DNA of 64,000 nt from Vicugna vicugna (lineage: Eukaryota). Each line of letters opens with the position of its first letter. Positions within the stretch are counted from its first letter, which is position 1. This document shows positions 24,901-38,175 of this stretch, one piece after another. A program made the position numbers and the translations under genes. Location: contig MU058423.1 of assembly GCA_013265495.1 (NCBI GenBank), forward strand, positions 8,293,627 to 8,357,626, written 5' to 3'. Under the pieces are notes generated by a model. That model worked only from the letters and a program-made list of their open reading frames with translations, had not been told where the DNA came from and made no database searches.

Positions 24901-26746
24901 TTTCTTCCTTCTGTACCACAGAAGTGCCTCAGTAAAAGTAATTAGAATAGCAGACGACCCTGAAGGGCACTTGACACAAGTCCCTACACACATTAAAGGT
25001 GGATGGAAAAGGCAAATCAAGAATAAAATGTGAAGATACACTTGGAACAGAACTCAGAGTAAAGACAGAAAAAGGTCTGGAATGAAAGGAAAACACAGCC
25101 ATGGCAGCTTGAAAAGTCTGAGCACCCAGAGCTGGGACATTTTTCTTCGGCCCATGTCCCAGAGGGCCTCTTGAAGGAGGACATGTTGAAAATATTCTAT
25201 GCGTCAAACTGTGAGTCACAGAAACCAGTGACTCTGCAGGGGAATGTTGAGGGGTGGGCAGATTTCCTTCAAAAAACACAGGTTGTGTCCTCCTTCTGCT
25301 CCACCACTTTCCAGAGCCCCTTGCTGCCCACACAACACTTTCTAAACTTCTTATCTTGGCAATGAAGAGCCTTGATGAATCAAGTCCTGCTCAATATTAT
25401 TTTTCACTGTTTCTCAGAATAAATCCAGGCTGATCTACTCACTGTCTCCCCAAATTTCCTTTTGTTTCCACCTGTGTACCTTTGCTTGTAATATTTCCCT
25501 TGCCTAGAATCTTCCTTCTCTCTGTTTCTTCAATCCTCTAAAGCACTAATGCTTAAATCAAGGGCCCTCTTCTCTGTAAGATTTGTTTTGTTCTGTTTTG
25601 TTTATTTGTTTGTTTTACTATTCTGTTTCTATGACATTTATTTGGGGGATACTCATTTGGCACTTCGATGTCATAGGATATTGTTTGACATTATACCTTC
25701 TTTAGATTATAAGCTTCTTGAGGACAAAAAAAATTTTTTTAATTTAAAAGCATCGAGCATAATGTCCTTTTCAATTTGAGGTGTTTTAAAATTGAGGTAT
25801 CTAAGTGCATAGTTTGATGAGGATTGAAAAAGTTATACCCCTGTGAAACCACCCACCTCACCGATCAAGAGAGATGGCATTTCTGGCAAAGTGAGTGCTC
25901 AGTAGCCTTCAGGCTCTGCTCAGGAAGGAGGAGACAGGACCAGGAGGGTGAATCTTGAGTTTGAGGCCTGTCTAAAGGGATTGGGTCATCTGAAGTCAGG
26001 TAAAGTGAGAAAGCAAATACTGAAGTTGGGAGGATGCAGACAAGGGAACAGTATTTTGTAAATCTGAGCAAGTTTGGGATTGTGTGATCTCATGTATTGT
26101 GCAGTCAAGATTCAGTGACCGACAGGCAGCGGTGGGTGGTGATGCCAAAGCCAGCTGTAATTCTCTAGCTGGGAGGATCTGCTCTCTTAGGCGCCCCTGA
26201 AGTTAAGGGTTGCAGTACATGGTGCTCCGACATGAGGTCTGAGGTGGTGAGATTTCTGGGAGTTTCTTATTAAAAACATTTGCTGACAGACTGCTGAAAA
26301 AAGTGAGATCTTGGCTGACTTGCATGTGTGGCTGCACTGTTAGTAAAACATCCTACTCAATTCTCCAGATGGGAATTGCCTTTTGACTAAGAATATGTGA
26401 AAAGGCTGATGGACTGATCCCAGCAGAATGCTTCTCTAACATTACGCTTCCTTATATTTAAACAGAGCTGTTGTTTGTCAAGGATCAGAAGGCTCTGAGC
26501 GTCCACTGAAGGTCTCTACCTGGCTGCCTGTGTGGCCTCTTGAAAGTTATGTGTTGTCAGCAGAACTCCAGTTCCCCTCCCCTCCCCTAGTCTTCTCCAT
26601 AGTATTAAATATCACACAATGGTTCACACAGAGGTTCTAAGGCATTCAAGGGGTCGTCCTTGATTCTTGTTCTTCCTTTCATAGTCAGCATCAAATCCAT
26701 CAAGATCTGCCTATTGTACCTTCAAAATGCATTCTGAGTTTTTACA

Positions 26747-26880
26747 TTTTTTTGTTATTTTGGGGGGGGAGGGAGAATTAGGTTTATTTGTTTATTTTTA
26801 GAGGAGATACTGGAGATTGAACCCAGGACCTCATACATGCTAAGCATTTGCTCTACCACTTGAGGTATACCATCCCCTAC
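26747..26880 (-). mobile_element. tRNA-derived SINE (vic-1 type)
   Basis: Same head and aattaggtttattt tail motif as the other copies. Confidence 0.85.
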
Positions 26881-27159
26881 CAAAAAAAAAAAAAAAAGTA
26901 TCCTGATTTTTGTGTAGCATGAAGACCAAGCAGGTGAGATCTGGAGCCAGATTTCCTGGGTTTGAAGCCTACCTCTAACATTTATTAGGGGTGCAGTTCT
27001 GAACAAGGGCTTCCTCATGTGGCAGATGGAGATACTAATAGCACCTCCCTCACAGGGGCGTTTGCTGAAATAACAGCACATATAAAGTACTTACAATTAA
27101 GCCTGGAGATGGTGGATTCTCAAGTAAGGTTAATTAGCACCGCCTCCCAATTGACTGTT

Positions 27160-27790
27160 TTAATCCAACCCAATTGTCTCTCACCTGGATTACTGAAACC
27201 ATTAACCTCTACCCAGTTTCCCTGCTTTGATTTTATCCTCTATGGTCTACGTAAGCACCAAGGTGAACTTTTAAAAACATAAATCAGATTAAGCCATTCA
27301 CCTGTACAAAATCCTACCATAGCTTCCCAACTGCAAAAGAAATCCAATGGCCTTAGCATGGCCAACAAGGCCCAAGCTGGTCTGGCTTCACATCTGCAGC
27401 TCTCTCTTCGCACTGGCTTCACTGAATGTTTCCCTTCTTAGTGGTTCTCAGAGGTGCCACGTCACTTCAGGACCTTTGCACTTGCTGTCCCCGCTCCAGG
27501 CATGCTCTTCCGCAAACTCTTTGCATTAAAGCACCCTCACTTCATTCAGCTCTAACAGCTACCTAAAGAAGTCATTCTGTCCTCCCCTGGCCAATTTTAT
27601 TTTTCCTCATAGTTCTTATCAGTACCTGAAAATGCACCGTGAATTAAATTGTTTGCTTGTTTATGGTCTGTTTCCCTCACTGCAATGTCAGCTTTTATAA
27701 TCTGTCTGGTTCACCGTTACGTCCCTGTGACTAAACAGTAACTGAACATCACAGAAACGCAACACATATTTTTTGAATCAGTGAATGGGT
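27160..27790 (+). mobile_element. L2 3' fragment
   Basis: tctctcacctggattactg...ggacctttgcacttgctg...atattttttgaat. Confidence 0.7.
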
Positions 27791-28955
27791 TAATTGTCTT
27801 ATCTTCTGATACTCTCCATCCATCCACTCACTGCTCCAGTTTAAACACCACAGAGATCGTCTAGCTCAGAGAGGGAGAAACCTGTCAGCTGAGGGGAAGG
27901 TTGTCTTGGGACTACCTCTTACTCTTGCTCCAGGACTCGGGGCAAACCAGGTTGCCAATCGCCTTCATCCAGCCACGCTCTACTGCACCTTGGTGCTACT
28001 GACATGCAAGTATCTTGAGCACAGGTAACTAAAGGGTATTATTCAAAGGCCCTTCTCTTTTACCTTCTAGCTCTCGGGGATCTCTCCATCTCCTGTCTCT
28101 CTCTGCCTGTCCTTAGGCATCACACGCTCAATATTTCCAAAGTAGGTTTTAGTTTCCATCAAAATAGCTCTTCCTCCCGTGCTTCCTATCCAATGAATGG
28201 TAAGAGGTTATCCAACCTGGCAAATTCCTTACTCTCTGTTCTCCTCAAACAACCTTAAGGACCTGCTGATTCAACTTCCCAGGTAATTATTGCATCTGTT
28301 TCTCTCATTTTCACTGTTACTATTTTTAGTTATACCTAATCAGTCCTTACGTGGATGAATCTGACAATCACTGAATTATTTTTCAAAATGTAGTTTGTGA
28401 CCCATTAGTGAGGCATCGATCAATTTAGTGGGTCTTAAGAAGCTTTTTTAAAAATCTCAATGTTACATCTTTATACAAGCCAGGAATCAGAAGGGTCAAA
28501 TTGGTGGCAACACAGAGACATTTACTGGCAGCTTTTCCTTTTTTGTAAAGGTCAAAGTACTCAAAACATTTTGAATGAGCACAAAGTCACATCTAAAGAG
28601 AAAGCCAGTCCCCCACATCCATACACTTAACCTGAGTGGAGAAATGTTTTATATAAATAGCACTTGGTGGATAGCATTTCCAAATACAGTGGCAATTTAG
28701 TTTTAATATGATTTATACATGCATTATGATTGTGAAATAGTTTCTCTGCAGTGTTATTCTCCAGAGTCCATACTCATATTTCCTGCCCCAAAGGGGTGAG
28801 TTTTTTGGAATAAATCCTTCACCCTTTCTAACCATAAGCTCTAGCAGCTATCTTGGGTTTGAAATAGTAGTCAGGTATTCCTGCTCCAGGTTGGTCAGTA
28901 CAGTTTAAGAATTTCCAGCCTCATGGTCTGGTCAGGAGCCAAATATTCTACTCAC

Positions 28956-29470
28956 TGTGAAATTGTTCCCCAGTGTCAACAAGTCTGGTAAACCCGTCTT
29001 CCTCAGATTTCCCCCCTTCCTCAAGCAGCCTCTGAATTTGGACAGGAGCTGTTCCCAGTCTCTCCACCAGCAGTTCTCCCAGACTTCATCCTCTAGTCCT
29101 TGACGGCAACGTGCACAGCTCCTGTGACCGGCTGGTGCAGGATGAGAAGAGGTCTCCAAGGCCTTGGCTGGGCTTAAGTCAAAGCAGCCATACTTGATCT
29201 CCTTTAAATAGCCTTTTTCTAATACTCTGTGGCCTCATCATCTTACTTGGTTGTTCTTGTTTTGGGGTTTTGTTTTGTTTTGTTTTTTCGGTTGTCGCAG
29301 GTGCACTCCAGGAACGCACAGGCAAGAACTATGTTTGGGTCACCACCGCATCTCCAGGGCTTTCTTCTCTCTACTCCTCCATACTGTTTGCATTTATGAC
29401 CATCTGCTTTGGCACCAGCTTTGCGGCCTCGGAGGAAGCACTCTTCTACTCATCTCGGTTTCTTCCTGTC
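28956..29470 (-). pseudogene. First recognisable coding exon with Vps51/Exo84-N-like segment (YLKEIKYGCFD...CRQGLEDEVWENC...LLTLGNNFT)
   Basis: Donor aca|GTGAGT at 28955; about 93 open codons from ~29234; nearby ATGs (29241, 29238) are out of frame; possible acceptor tttacacAG at 29472-29471; 5' boundary uncertain. Confidence 0.5.
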
Positions 29471-31784
29471 CTGTGTAAAGCCAGGCAAACGAGCATCCCC
29501 AGGAAAGGCATTGATGTCCTGTAGCAGGGGGCCATCCCATGGTCTCCAGAGCTACCTGGTTGGCCAGTCCCAACCACTGGAGCAACACAGGCCTGTGGCC
29601 ATGTGGGGTCAGTCCTCTGCACCCCATGGCCCAGCAAGACCACTAGGGCAAGAACCATGACCAGATAAGGAGACTGAGGCCAGGGACAGAAAAGGAAATT
29701 GTCCTCACTCTTGAGGTGGGGGAGGGGGTTCCTTGATGCTAGGTGACTCATGCCCGAGGTTTTATGTCCCAAATATCCCTGTGACACTTCCTTAGTGGGC
29801 TGTTCAGCTCAACTAGAACCAGAATGTTTTTTGTTTCACATGAAATAGAATGAAATGGAGTAGAAAATATCTGAATGCAGCTCATGCTGCAAAAGTTCAA
29901 CTGTTTTGTACAGTTGTGTGTATTCAGGGTCTACAGTGTAACACTATGGGTTATGGTCAAAAAATCTGAATGATACTGATCTGTTACTTTGCCTTCAGTT
30001 TTGACCCCCTCGTATTCATTCAAATGCAAGAGCAATACAGAGAATCTCAAAACACTGCATACAAAGTCAGTCAAAGCTGGGTTGGACACCTGGCCCCAGC
30101 ATTTAATGGTGGTGTGATGGTGGGAGAGGTACTTCAACATCACACCCCTTGATCTCCTCATCTTTAAAGCGGGAATAATAACATCACGAATTCAGGGCTG
30201 TGGGCCAGCCCCAGGCAAGCCGCTTATAATCATTTATCTCTACCCTTTGCAAGGATCCCAAGGTACTTATTATCATCCTCATTTTGTTAAAGAAATTGAA
30301 GCTCAGAAAAGCCAAGTAACTTGCTCAAGGTCACGTAGCCAATATGTTCCTGAGCAAGGCGTTCGTTTCAAGGTTCCCCGTGTTCTTTCCATAGAGCAGG
30401 GATTTCTACTCATACCATGTCTGAGGTTTGTCATCTCGTGGCAACTTATATTGACTTCTCACACATCTGTATAACTCAGTTAACTCAGTATTTACTAAGC
30501 ATTAATTAAGAGCATAGCACTGAGCTGGGGACTAACGGGGAAGGTGGCCTGTTCTCCTGGAATGCACATTTAACATGGAAAGAAAACACCACCAGAGCCA
30601 GAGCAACAGCAAGCTTACTGGTGGTGTGAGTGCCTGAAGCATGTTAGGTGTTCAAAAATTGCAACTGGTGTCATCTTACAATAAACTTACTGGCAACTAA
30701 TGAAAGAAATAAATTTATATCTTATACAATGCTTAAAGGACTCAGCATATGGGTCTAATTTAAAGATAAGCGATCTACATGGATATGAATGAGTGTAAGT
30801 TGCTTATTTTAACATTTAGCAGAAGATGCCCATTTCAGAGACTATGACTATGGGAAGAACGTATTTTGCATTTAAAAAATAAACCACACACATTTGTGTT
30901 CTACCTAATTATCAGCCTTTTGTTCAAACAAGTTGGTTTGCTTTCCAGTTAGGAACTAATAGGGAAGAATGGCTTTTAAAAAAACCATTCTTGAACTACT
31001 ATGCTGCACACCAGAAACTGACACAACATTGTAAAGTGACTATACTTCAATTAAAAAAAAAACGTTCTTTAAAGGGCTCAGAGGAAGCTGCCTGCTTAGT
31101 CACTCATCAGAACATGCCTCGCCCTTCCACGTTTTGTTTACTCTTTTTGCTTTCCCTATTTATTGTTTTAAATTGATTTTCCATTCCTCTGGTGAGCACC
31201 ATGTTCCAGGCAAAGCTGGGAAATCCAGTTTATGTACACACTACCGACTTACCAGTTTTTCTATCAGGAGTTATTGAATAGGAATAAGCCGTACAGCAGG
31301 ATGGAGAGGATTCAGTAGGTCAACTGAAGAGTGGAGCATGTGGACATGGAGGGGCCACTCTGAAGGATGCTGCCCTCTTCTGCAGCCCACGCCTACAGCG
31401 TGGAGGAGGTGGGAAGAGCCATCAATATGCCCTTGGACCTTTGCGGTGGTTGATATCAAAGAGTCACCCAGGACTTTTCTTTGAAGAATTGAAACAAAAC
31501 AAAACAAAAACCCTGACATGACCTATATCATTACCTTGGTTTAACTGATACTTAAAAGCTATCCTCTGTTGTTATCATTTCTTTAAACTAAGCTCTGTGG
31601 TGTCTTGGCTACAACCTGTGAGAAAACTCTAAGAGGAAATCCCAGGAAGGATTGAGTTTTCAGTTTTCTTTCTTTCAATTTCATCAACTTGCAAATAAAA
31701 TGGGACATTGAAGGTGCCAGAACAAAACCAGTACTACTCACATCCTGTTTAGGTAAGCCAAACGGCATGCATGTTTACTCAGAA

Positions 31785-32125
31785 AACAAAAGCCGCTTTC
31801 ACTTTTATTATTTTCCACACTAGAGTTTCAAAGGATGCTAGACTATTTCTCAAATAAGTGGGAGTTTACCATGTAGGTACACAGAGGTAACATGCCTAAT
31901 GAGGTTCTCTGAAGGGTTACACTTAAAAAAATTATTTGGAAAATTATCAGATTCAAGATAAAAATATACAGAAAGGATGGTCACAGTATGAAAACTAGAC
32001 AAAGCATTTGACAAGAAAAAGACAACGTGCACTATAGCACATACAAAACGCCCAGCTGCCACAGTATTCCCAGTCAGCACAAGATAACAGGACTCCATTC
32101 TCGCGATGTGCGGGAGCTAATACGT
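31785..32125 (-). other. Probable terminal exon / 3' UTR of an unidentified upstream gene
   Basis: Acceptor ccattgttttcttttAG|acgt at 32127-32126; repeat-free, U/GU-rich body; AATAAA at 31809-31804. Coding phase unknown (TY*, RISSRTSREWSPVILC*, or a 43-codon frame). Confidence 0.55.
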
Positions 32126-33179
32126 CTAAAAGAAAACAATGGCTGATGGTTAGTGGAGGTACAACGGGAAAATTTACACAGCATGCCACACTTGACAGGA
32201 AGGTAATATGGACCAGGTTTAATCCACTGTGGCTTGTTACATGGTACATGGTACTAGGCCCTATGGAACTGTGAAGTAAAAGACGTCCTCTCCTGAGCTG
32301 TGATTGTTCAACGTGCAAAATCATAAGCCAGAAACGAAGACATGGAAAGCAGTCACCTACTCCTTCTCCAAAACAATTTAAAAATCTAGGTTACGTGAAA
32401 CCAAAGAAAATGATTAAAATATAAACGCACACACATTAAAAAAGAAAAACATACTAATGAATTTAACAGAAATTGCAATCAGATTAAGCGTTACGTTATC
32501 CTGACCAAAGTGAAAACACTGGCTTGTCTGGTTCGCCCAAGGGAGGGGACACAATACCAGAGAAGACGCAGTCACAGAGCAGAAAGCTTTGTTTCATTCA
32601 CTTGAAAAATACACACTGAGTGCCTCCTATGTATATATCATGCTGTATGTGAAACAGTCTTTTTTAAAAAGTTACAAGATGTGATTTTGTGACACTCCTG
32701 GGTTGGTTTGCCTTTTTATCTGCACAATTAAGTAGTTCTGAGATTTGGTTATAATGATATTTTAAAATTACTTTCAGTTTTAATCCTTTTTAGGTATATA
32801 AAGAAAACTAAATGGTAATGTGGAGCAATTGCTGATCTAATCTGGGCTAAAAGCAATTTATGGAAGAAAAACTGTGTAGCGTTCATCTACACACGCGTCA
32901 ATGAGTGTATCCGTGCACTCTGGTGTGTGGGTATCCAGGGGGCAGCCTCCGGTCTAACTGAGCCTATTAGAGGAATTCAGCAGGACCCCTCTCTTTTTGT
33001 TCAGCATCTCCTAACAGCTGCTTTTCAGCTTTATTTCCCATATGATTTGGCCACATATTTTGGTGAGAGGAAAGTTTTTTTTAACCAAATGTCTTGTTTA
33101 TATTCCCTTAAATATAGGCTTGTTGGTAAACTTCATGGATCACTTGCCTTCTGTTTATAACTTTAAAGAAAAATGGCTT

Positions 33180-33380
33180 TGAAAATAGATAAACAAGTTT
33201 ATACTGTACAGCACAGGGAAATATATTCAATATCTTATAGTAGCTCATGGTGAAAAAGAATATGAAAATGAATATATGTATATTCATGTATGACTGAAGA
33301 ATTGTGCTGTACACCAGAAATTGACACAACATTGTAAACTGACTATAACTCAATTAAAAAAAATAAATTAAAAAAAAAGA
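33180..33380 (+). mobile_element. Young L1 3' tip
   Basis: Matches 16753-16930; flanking aaagaaaaatg(g/t)ctttg TSD. Confidence 0.88.
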
Positions 33381-34639
33381 AAAATGTCTTTGGTTACTAC
33401 AAAGTTTTAGTCTGAGGCAAATTATACTTAAAAAGTTGAGCATCATTTTCACTGTTAATATTTACAATGCATATGGTATCATGTAATTAAATACATGTTT
33501 TTTATGTCTAATAAGTTTGATCACATGTAAAATATGATTTAATTGAACATTTTACATCTAGTTTTCCAAATAATTATGCTAAGTGAAAGAAGCCAGACCA
33601 AAAAAAGAGTACATGCCATATGATTACATTTGTATACAAGTCTAGACAATGTAATCTACAGTGGCAAAGTGGATCAGTGGTAGCCGCGGAGAAGGCAGGG
33701 AGAGAGAGAGGCAGGGATCACAAAGGGACACAAGTTTTGGAGTGCTAGAAAAATCTGTTACCTTGATTGTGATGATGGTTTCACAGATGTGTACATAGGT
33801 TAAAACTGATCAAACTTGTATACTTTAAATCTATGCAGTCTATGATATGTCAATTATACCCGAAAAGTTTTTTTGAAAATTACAAATCTTTTAAAATTTT
33901 TTTATTATTATTATTTTTTTTTATGAAAAACCAAATCTTGACTATCAAGTTATTCCTTCCTACACGAACTGTGGTAATCAAAGTATGATATGGTACACAA
34001 ATCTAGGAATTAAGGTGAAAATTCAAAATAAGAAAGCAGAACCTGAGAGTGGCAGGACAGGTCTTCCTCAGTGCTGACTCTAGGGGTCACGTGTCTAGCG
34101 ACTTATCACTTCAAGCTTTTCCAGCAGCACTAAACAACTTTCTTTCATCACCACAGAACAAACAACTATCCCAATCCTCACATAACACTATTTTCTACGG
34201 TCTCTCAGGAAGCTAACATTACATAATATCTCATAGGGTTGTAACTGAGTAAACCATGGAGCAGATTTAGTAGCTTTTATTGATGGGGAAGGAGAATGAA
34301 AAGCAATGATTTAAGGACAGGAAAGACAGTTTGGTAGCTTTATTTTACCATTAATATCTAAAAGAAGGAAAAAGGTTTTTGAAAGATACGAATTTGGTAT
34401 TCAAAGCGCCCCTGCCATCCATTGTATATTTGAAAACCATAAATCTGATCATGTCATTCTTGCTTAATATCCTACAGAGGCTTCCTACTAGCCACTGCTT
34501 TTAGGAAAAGCCTTTAGTGTGCTTTCCCAGGAGCTCAGGATTCGACCCTTGTCTGCCTTTCCAGCCTCAGCTCATTTCTCTGTCTCTCAGTCAAACTATA
34601 GCCATTCTGAAACATCTTAATTCGTCAACACTTTTCATG

Positions 34640-35000
34640 TTGTAATGCAGCTTGGGTTTCTCCAGCTCCAGGAAGCAGGCTCAGGCAGGGTTTAGTGTTC
34701 AGGATGTTTATTAGAGAGTGTTCTTGAGATCAACACCCATGGAAGGGAGGGGGCGGAAGAAGGAGAAATCAGGCTGTGATGCAAGCCCCAAGCCTCAGCC
34801 AACCACATGGGGTGCTTTGAAACCAATGACCCACCAGTTGGCCTGCATCTGTGGGGAGGACGTGACCTTGGGCAAGCAGACTCTTTGCAGGGGAAGCAAT
34901 GCTGGAAGGGGCTGGCAGCACTGCCAGGGCCTGAAGCATCAAGTCCTTTCCTAAAGGGGGGTCTGGGCAGGGCATTGGTATGTCCACCTCACCCTGGGAT
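34640..35000. mobile_element. Old ERVL-type LTR (LTR16-like)
   Basis: ggaagcag...tttagtgttcaggatgtttattag...gatcaacacc motif. Confidence 0.55.
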
Positions 35001-35556
35001 TCACATTGCATGAGTGAAACTCTCTTCTCCTCCAGTTCCCTGCATTGTTTCTGCTTATCCCTTAGATCTCAGTATAATTCTCACTCCTTCAGAGAGGGAT
35101 TCCCAAATCCCCAAACACGGTTCACTTCTCTACCAGGTCAAACTTAACCACATTTCCTTAGTACCATCCTCGTCATCATCCTTATCACATTGTTTATCAG
35201 TCACTCACTTCTGTTTTCTTCTTTACAGTGGTAACTCCAGGAGGACAGAGATAACTTCTGTAGGATCCACCTCTGATCCTCAGCGCCTACCACTGTGTTG
35301 GCACATAGTAGGTCCTCAATAAACATTGACTGACTGAATGAATGAATGAATTCAAGGTTTAAAGCACACTGCAAGGAACAAAAGCCCCTACTGACATGTC
35401 TGTGTTGACAGACATGAGACTTGCTGCCTCATGAAGGCAAGGTAAAGACTTCATTCAGGCTCTGCAGTCAGACTGCCCAGTCTGCCAGTCCTAGCTTGAT
35501 CACATCCTAACCATGTGACCTGGGATAAGTTAACTAAACTCTCTAAGCCTCAATGC

Positions 35557-35558
<2 letters not shown>

Positions 35559-35607
<49 letters not shown>

Positions 35608-35636
35608 TACTACTACTAATAATAATAATAATAATA
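35559..35636. repeat. Compound (TTA)n(CTA)4(ATA)n microsatellite inside a MIR
   Basis: Direct reading. Confidence 0.95.
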
Positions 35637-38175
35637 TTTCCCATAAGGCTATTGGGAGGGTTCAGTAAAATAATCTAAGTAGAGGGTTTAGCAAAGCTCC
35701 TGGAATACAGTATGACATCAGTAAAAGTTAGCTATAATTCTATAATTATTATTGGGCTTTTAGATGTAAGTTCTGAACATACCTTAACAAAGAGAAAAAT
35801 ATTAGGAAAAATTTTTATATTTGCTATTAAAAATGCACCAAAATAGTAATCTTAGAAAAATTAGAACTGTTAGATTTACCTGCAGTTACCTTACAGTTTA
35901 GAATTGGTTGTTTTGTTTTATGCATAGAAGGTGGAAACAGCATTATCTCCTCATTACTTAGGGTCCTCTAAGGTTTTAAATAAGTCCTGTTCCTGTCCTC
36001 CCACACAACCTAGGAATTTATAACTCAATGATAGCTGTAGCTTACAAGTAGTGGGGTGTGTGTGCTCATGCGCATGTGTGTATGTGTGTGTGAGAGAGAG
36101 AGAGAGAAAGAAACATGCTTTTGCCTACGTCTGAGATGCCTTTTCCTATCTTAGGAGATTTCTGCTTGGGTGTGAACTGACTCATCAGCTCAAGAAACAC
36201 CTGAACAAAGCCTCCCCTTTCTTTTTCCATGCTGCTCTTGCTTTTACCATGTTTACCCTAGAACCATTTATGCACCCGGACTTTTGTTCTAATCCCCCTG
36301 CATTGCACCTCCTCAGTAGACTGTGAGCTTCTTGAAAGCAGGTCTCCTCCCTCTTTGGTATCTGACACATTCAGACACTCAGTAAATGTTTGTTGAATTG
36401 AATTAGGAGAAAAACACCAGATCTCTTCAGAAAGATACAAATGACTCAGGAAGTTAGGTAAACTGTGATAGGCTCAAAAAAACATTGAATTTAATAAGCT
36501 AGAAGTCAAATATTTTCTTTTTAATTGAAATATAACACTCATATAAAGAAAAGTGCCTAAAACATTAGTGTACTACACAGTGAATTATTGCAAAATGAAT
36601 AGTAGAAGACTAATCAGCTCAGGAAATAGAACATTGCCAGAAGCCTCTCTCGTGTCCCCTCAAGCATCGTCTTCAGAGAGTATTTTCTCTTATACCAGAA
36701 ACCTTAACTGATCCTTCAGAGGTTAAGTTTTTCCTTTGGGAAAACAGAATTTGTCCCACCCTGCTTTCTCTATGGGCTACCATGGCAACTGATGGTCAGT
36801 CACTTCTATCCTTCCACTGGCCAGTATTTTCAAATGCTCTCATCTTCTTAAAGAAATACACACATTTATCACCCTGCTTCTATGCCTTTATGACTCTTAC
36901 TTCTGGGGCCTCCACTTCCTCCTTTGTCTCCTTTAACTGTGTGTTGTCTGTCCCCCTTTTCTTCCTAATTGAAACACTCCACCCGGGGACTATGAATCAT
37001 CTGACCGCTCTCTTCTTCTAACTCCCCCACTTTCACATGCTTTAAGAATCTCCCACAGGAGTAGAAGTTTTGATGAGTACTAAAATAAGATCCAAATGTG
37101 GATTCTTTATTGAATTCAGACTGTAAAGATGAAGAGAACATAATCTACTCAGATGGGTCCATAACACAGCAGAAAAGATGAAAAATTTAGAGAAAGTGAT
37201 GTACTTTTCTGGGTGCCGGGCCAAAGAACATAAGACATGAAAACCACTGGCAACATCAAAAGAGTTAATAGTAAGAGTTGCGCTCAGGATAAACATGCCA
37301 CCGTGAAATAAACACCGCTATACAGAAAGTTTTGTAAGGTGCAGTTGACTGAAAATCCTATTTATGAGTCAGCTTAGAAGGGAGAAAATTAGTAGTGAAA
37401 AGAACAAACTGCTTTCCTGGAAATGTCTCATTTCTTTATGTGTCAATGTACTTTATACCTTTTTCTTTTCTGTTATTCTCAACGGTTCTTTCCATTTCTT
37501 GACAATCTTATGTAATTTAAAGAATTGATAATTGCTGAGATTTGTGACTTCAAGACCCGGCACGCAAGAACTCAAAGTGCTTATTTTAAATCTTAATGAG
37601 ATGCCTCTAATTATATTCTAAATGTAAAAGAAATAAATTGCACTGGTACATATGTTTGAGCTATTAAGTATAAGAGATAAAAGACAGATCTGGGAAATTT
37701 AGTGCTGAGAATACATGGTGACTACAATTAATAAGAATAAATTCTGAAATGACAGTGCTCGCATAAGTTAACAATAAAGTGTCCGCAATAAAGTATTCTT
37801 CCCACTTGGAAAAGATATAAAAGGTGAGGCTGTTCCAAAAACACCACCTAGAATATAAATCTTTATATTGTGTCTATTCATCAAAGTATCTGTCTCTCTG
37901 ATAGATTTTGAGAACTTAAAATAAGAAACTATATCTTATTCATCCACAGCACCTAGAATGGGGCTTTCTATTCCAGCCTCTCTTCCTCACCTCCCCCAGA
38001 GATCCCTTTCTGCATAGCAAGGGGAGAGGAGCCTTTTCAAATACAATGTCAAGCATTTAAAATACATTATCTCTAAGACACTACGCAGCAGAGTTCTTTT
38101 ACCATCGTATTTCCACACGAGGAAATTAAGAGGGATTAAATAATTGATTCTAGGAAACAAAGCTGTGATAGTACT

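Larger units (their letters stand above)
25..29470 (-). pseudogene. Putative multi-exon unprocessed pseudogene, Exo84/EXOC8-like (Vps51-type N-terminus plus helical-bundle C-terminus, no evident PH domain)
   Basis: About 10 exon-like segments with AG/GT boundaries; junction phases are compatible, though two exons need internal frame switches. Segments recall EXOC8 in colinear order (GLEDEVWENC ~ NLKRNVYQNY; WRVWKL ~ WRRMNL; NTVLPEVMSMLEERF ~ ETVLPVVEKRFEEG; EXOC8 quoted from memory). Several disabling lesions. Confidence 0.55.
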
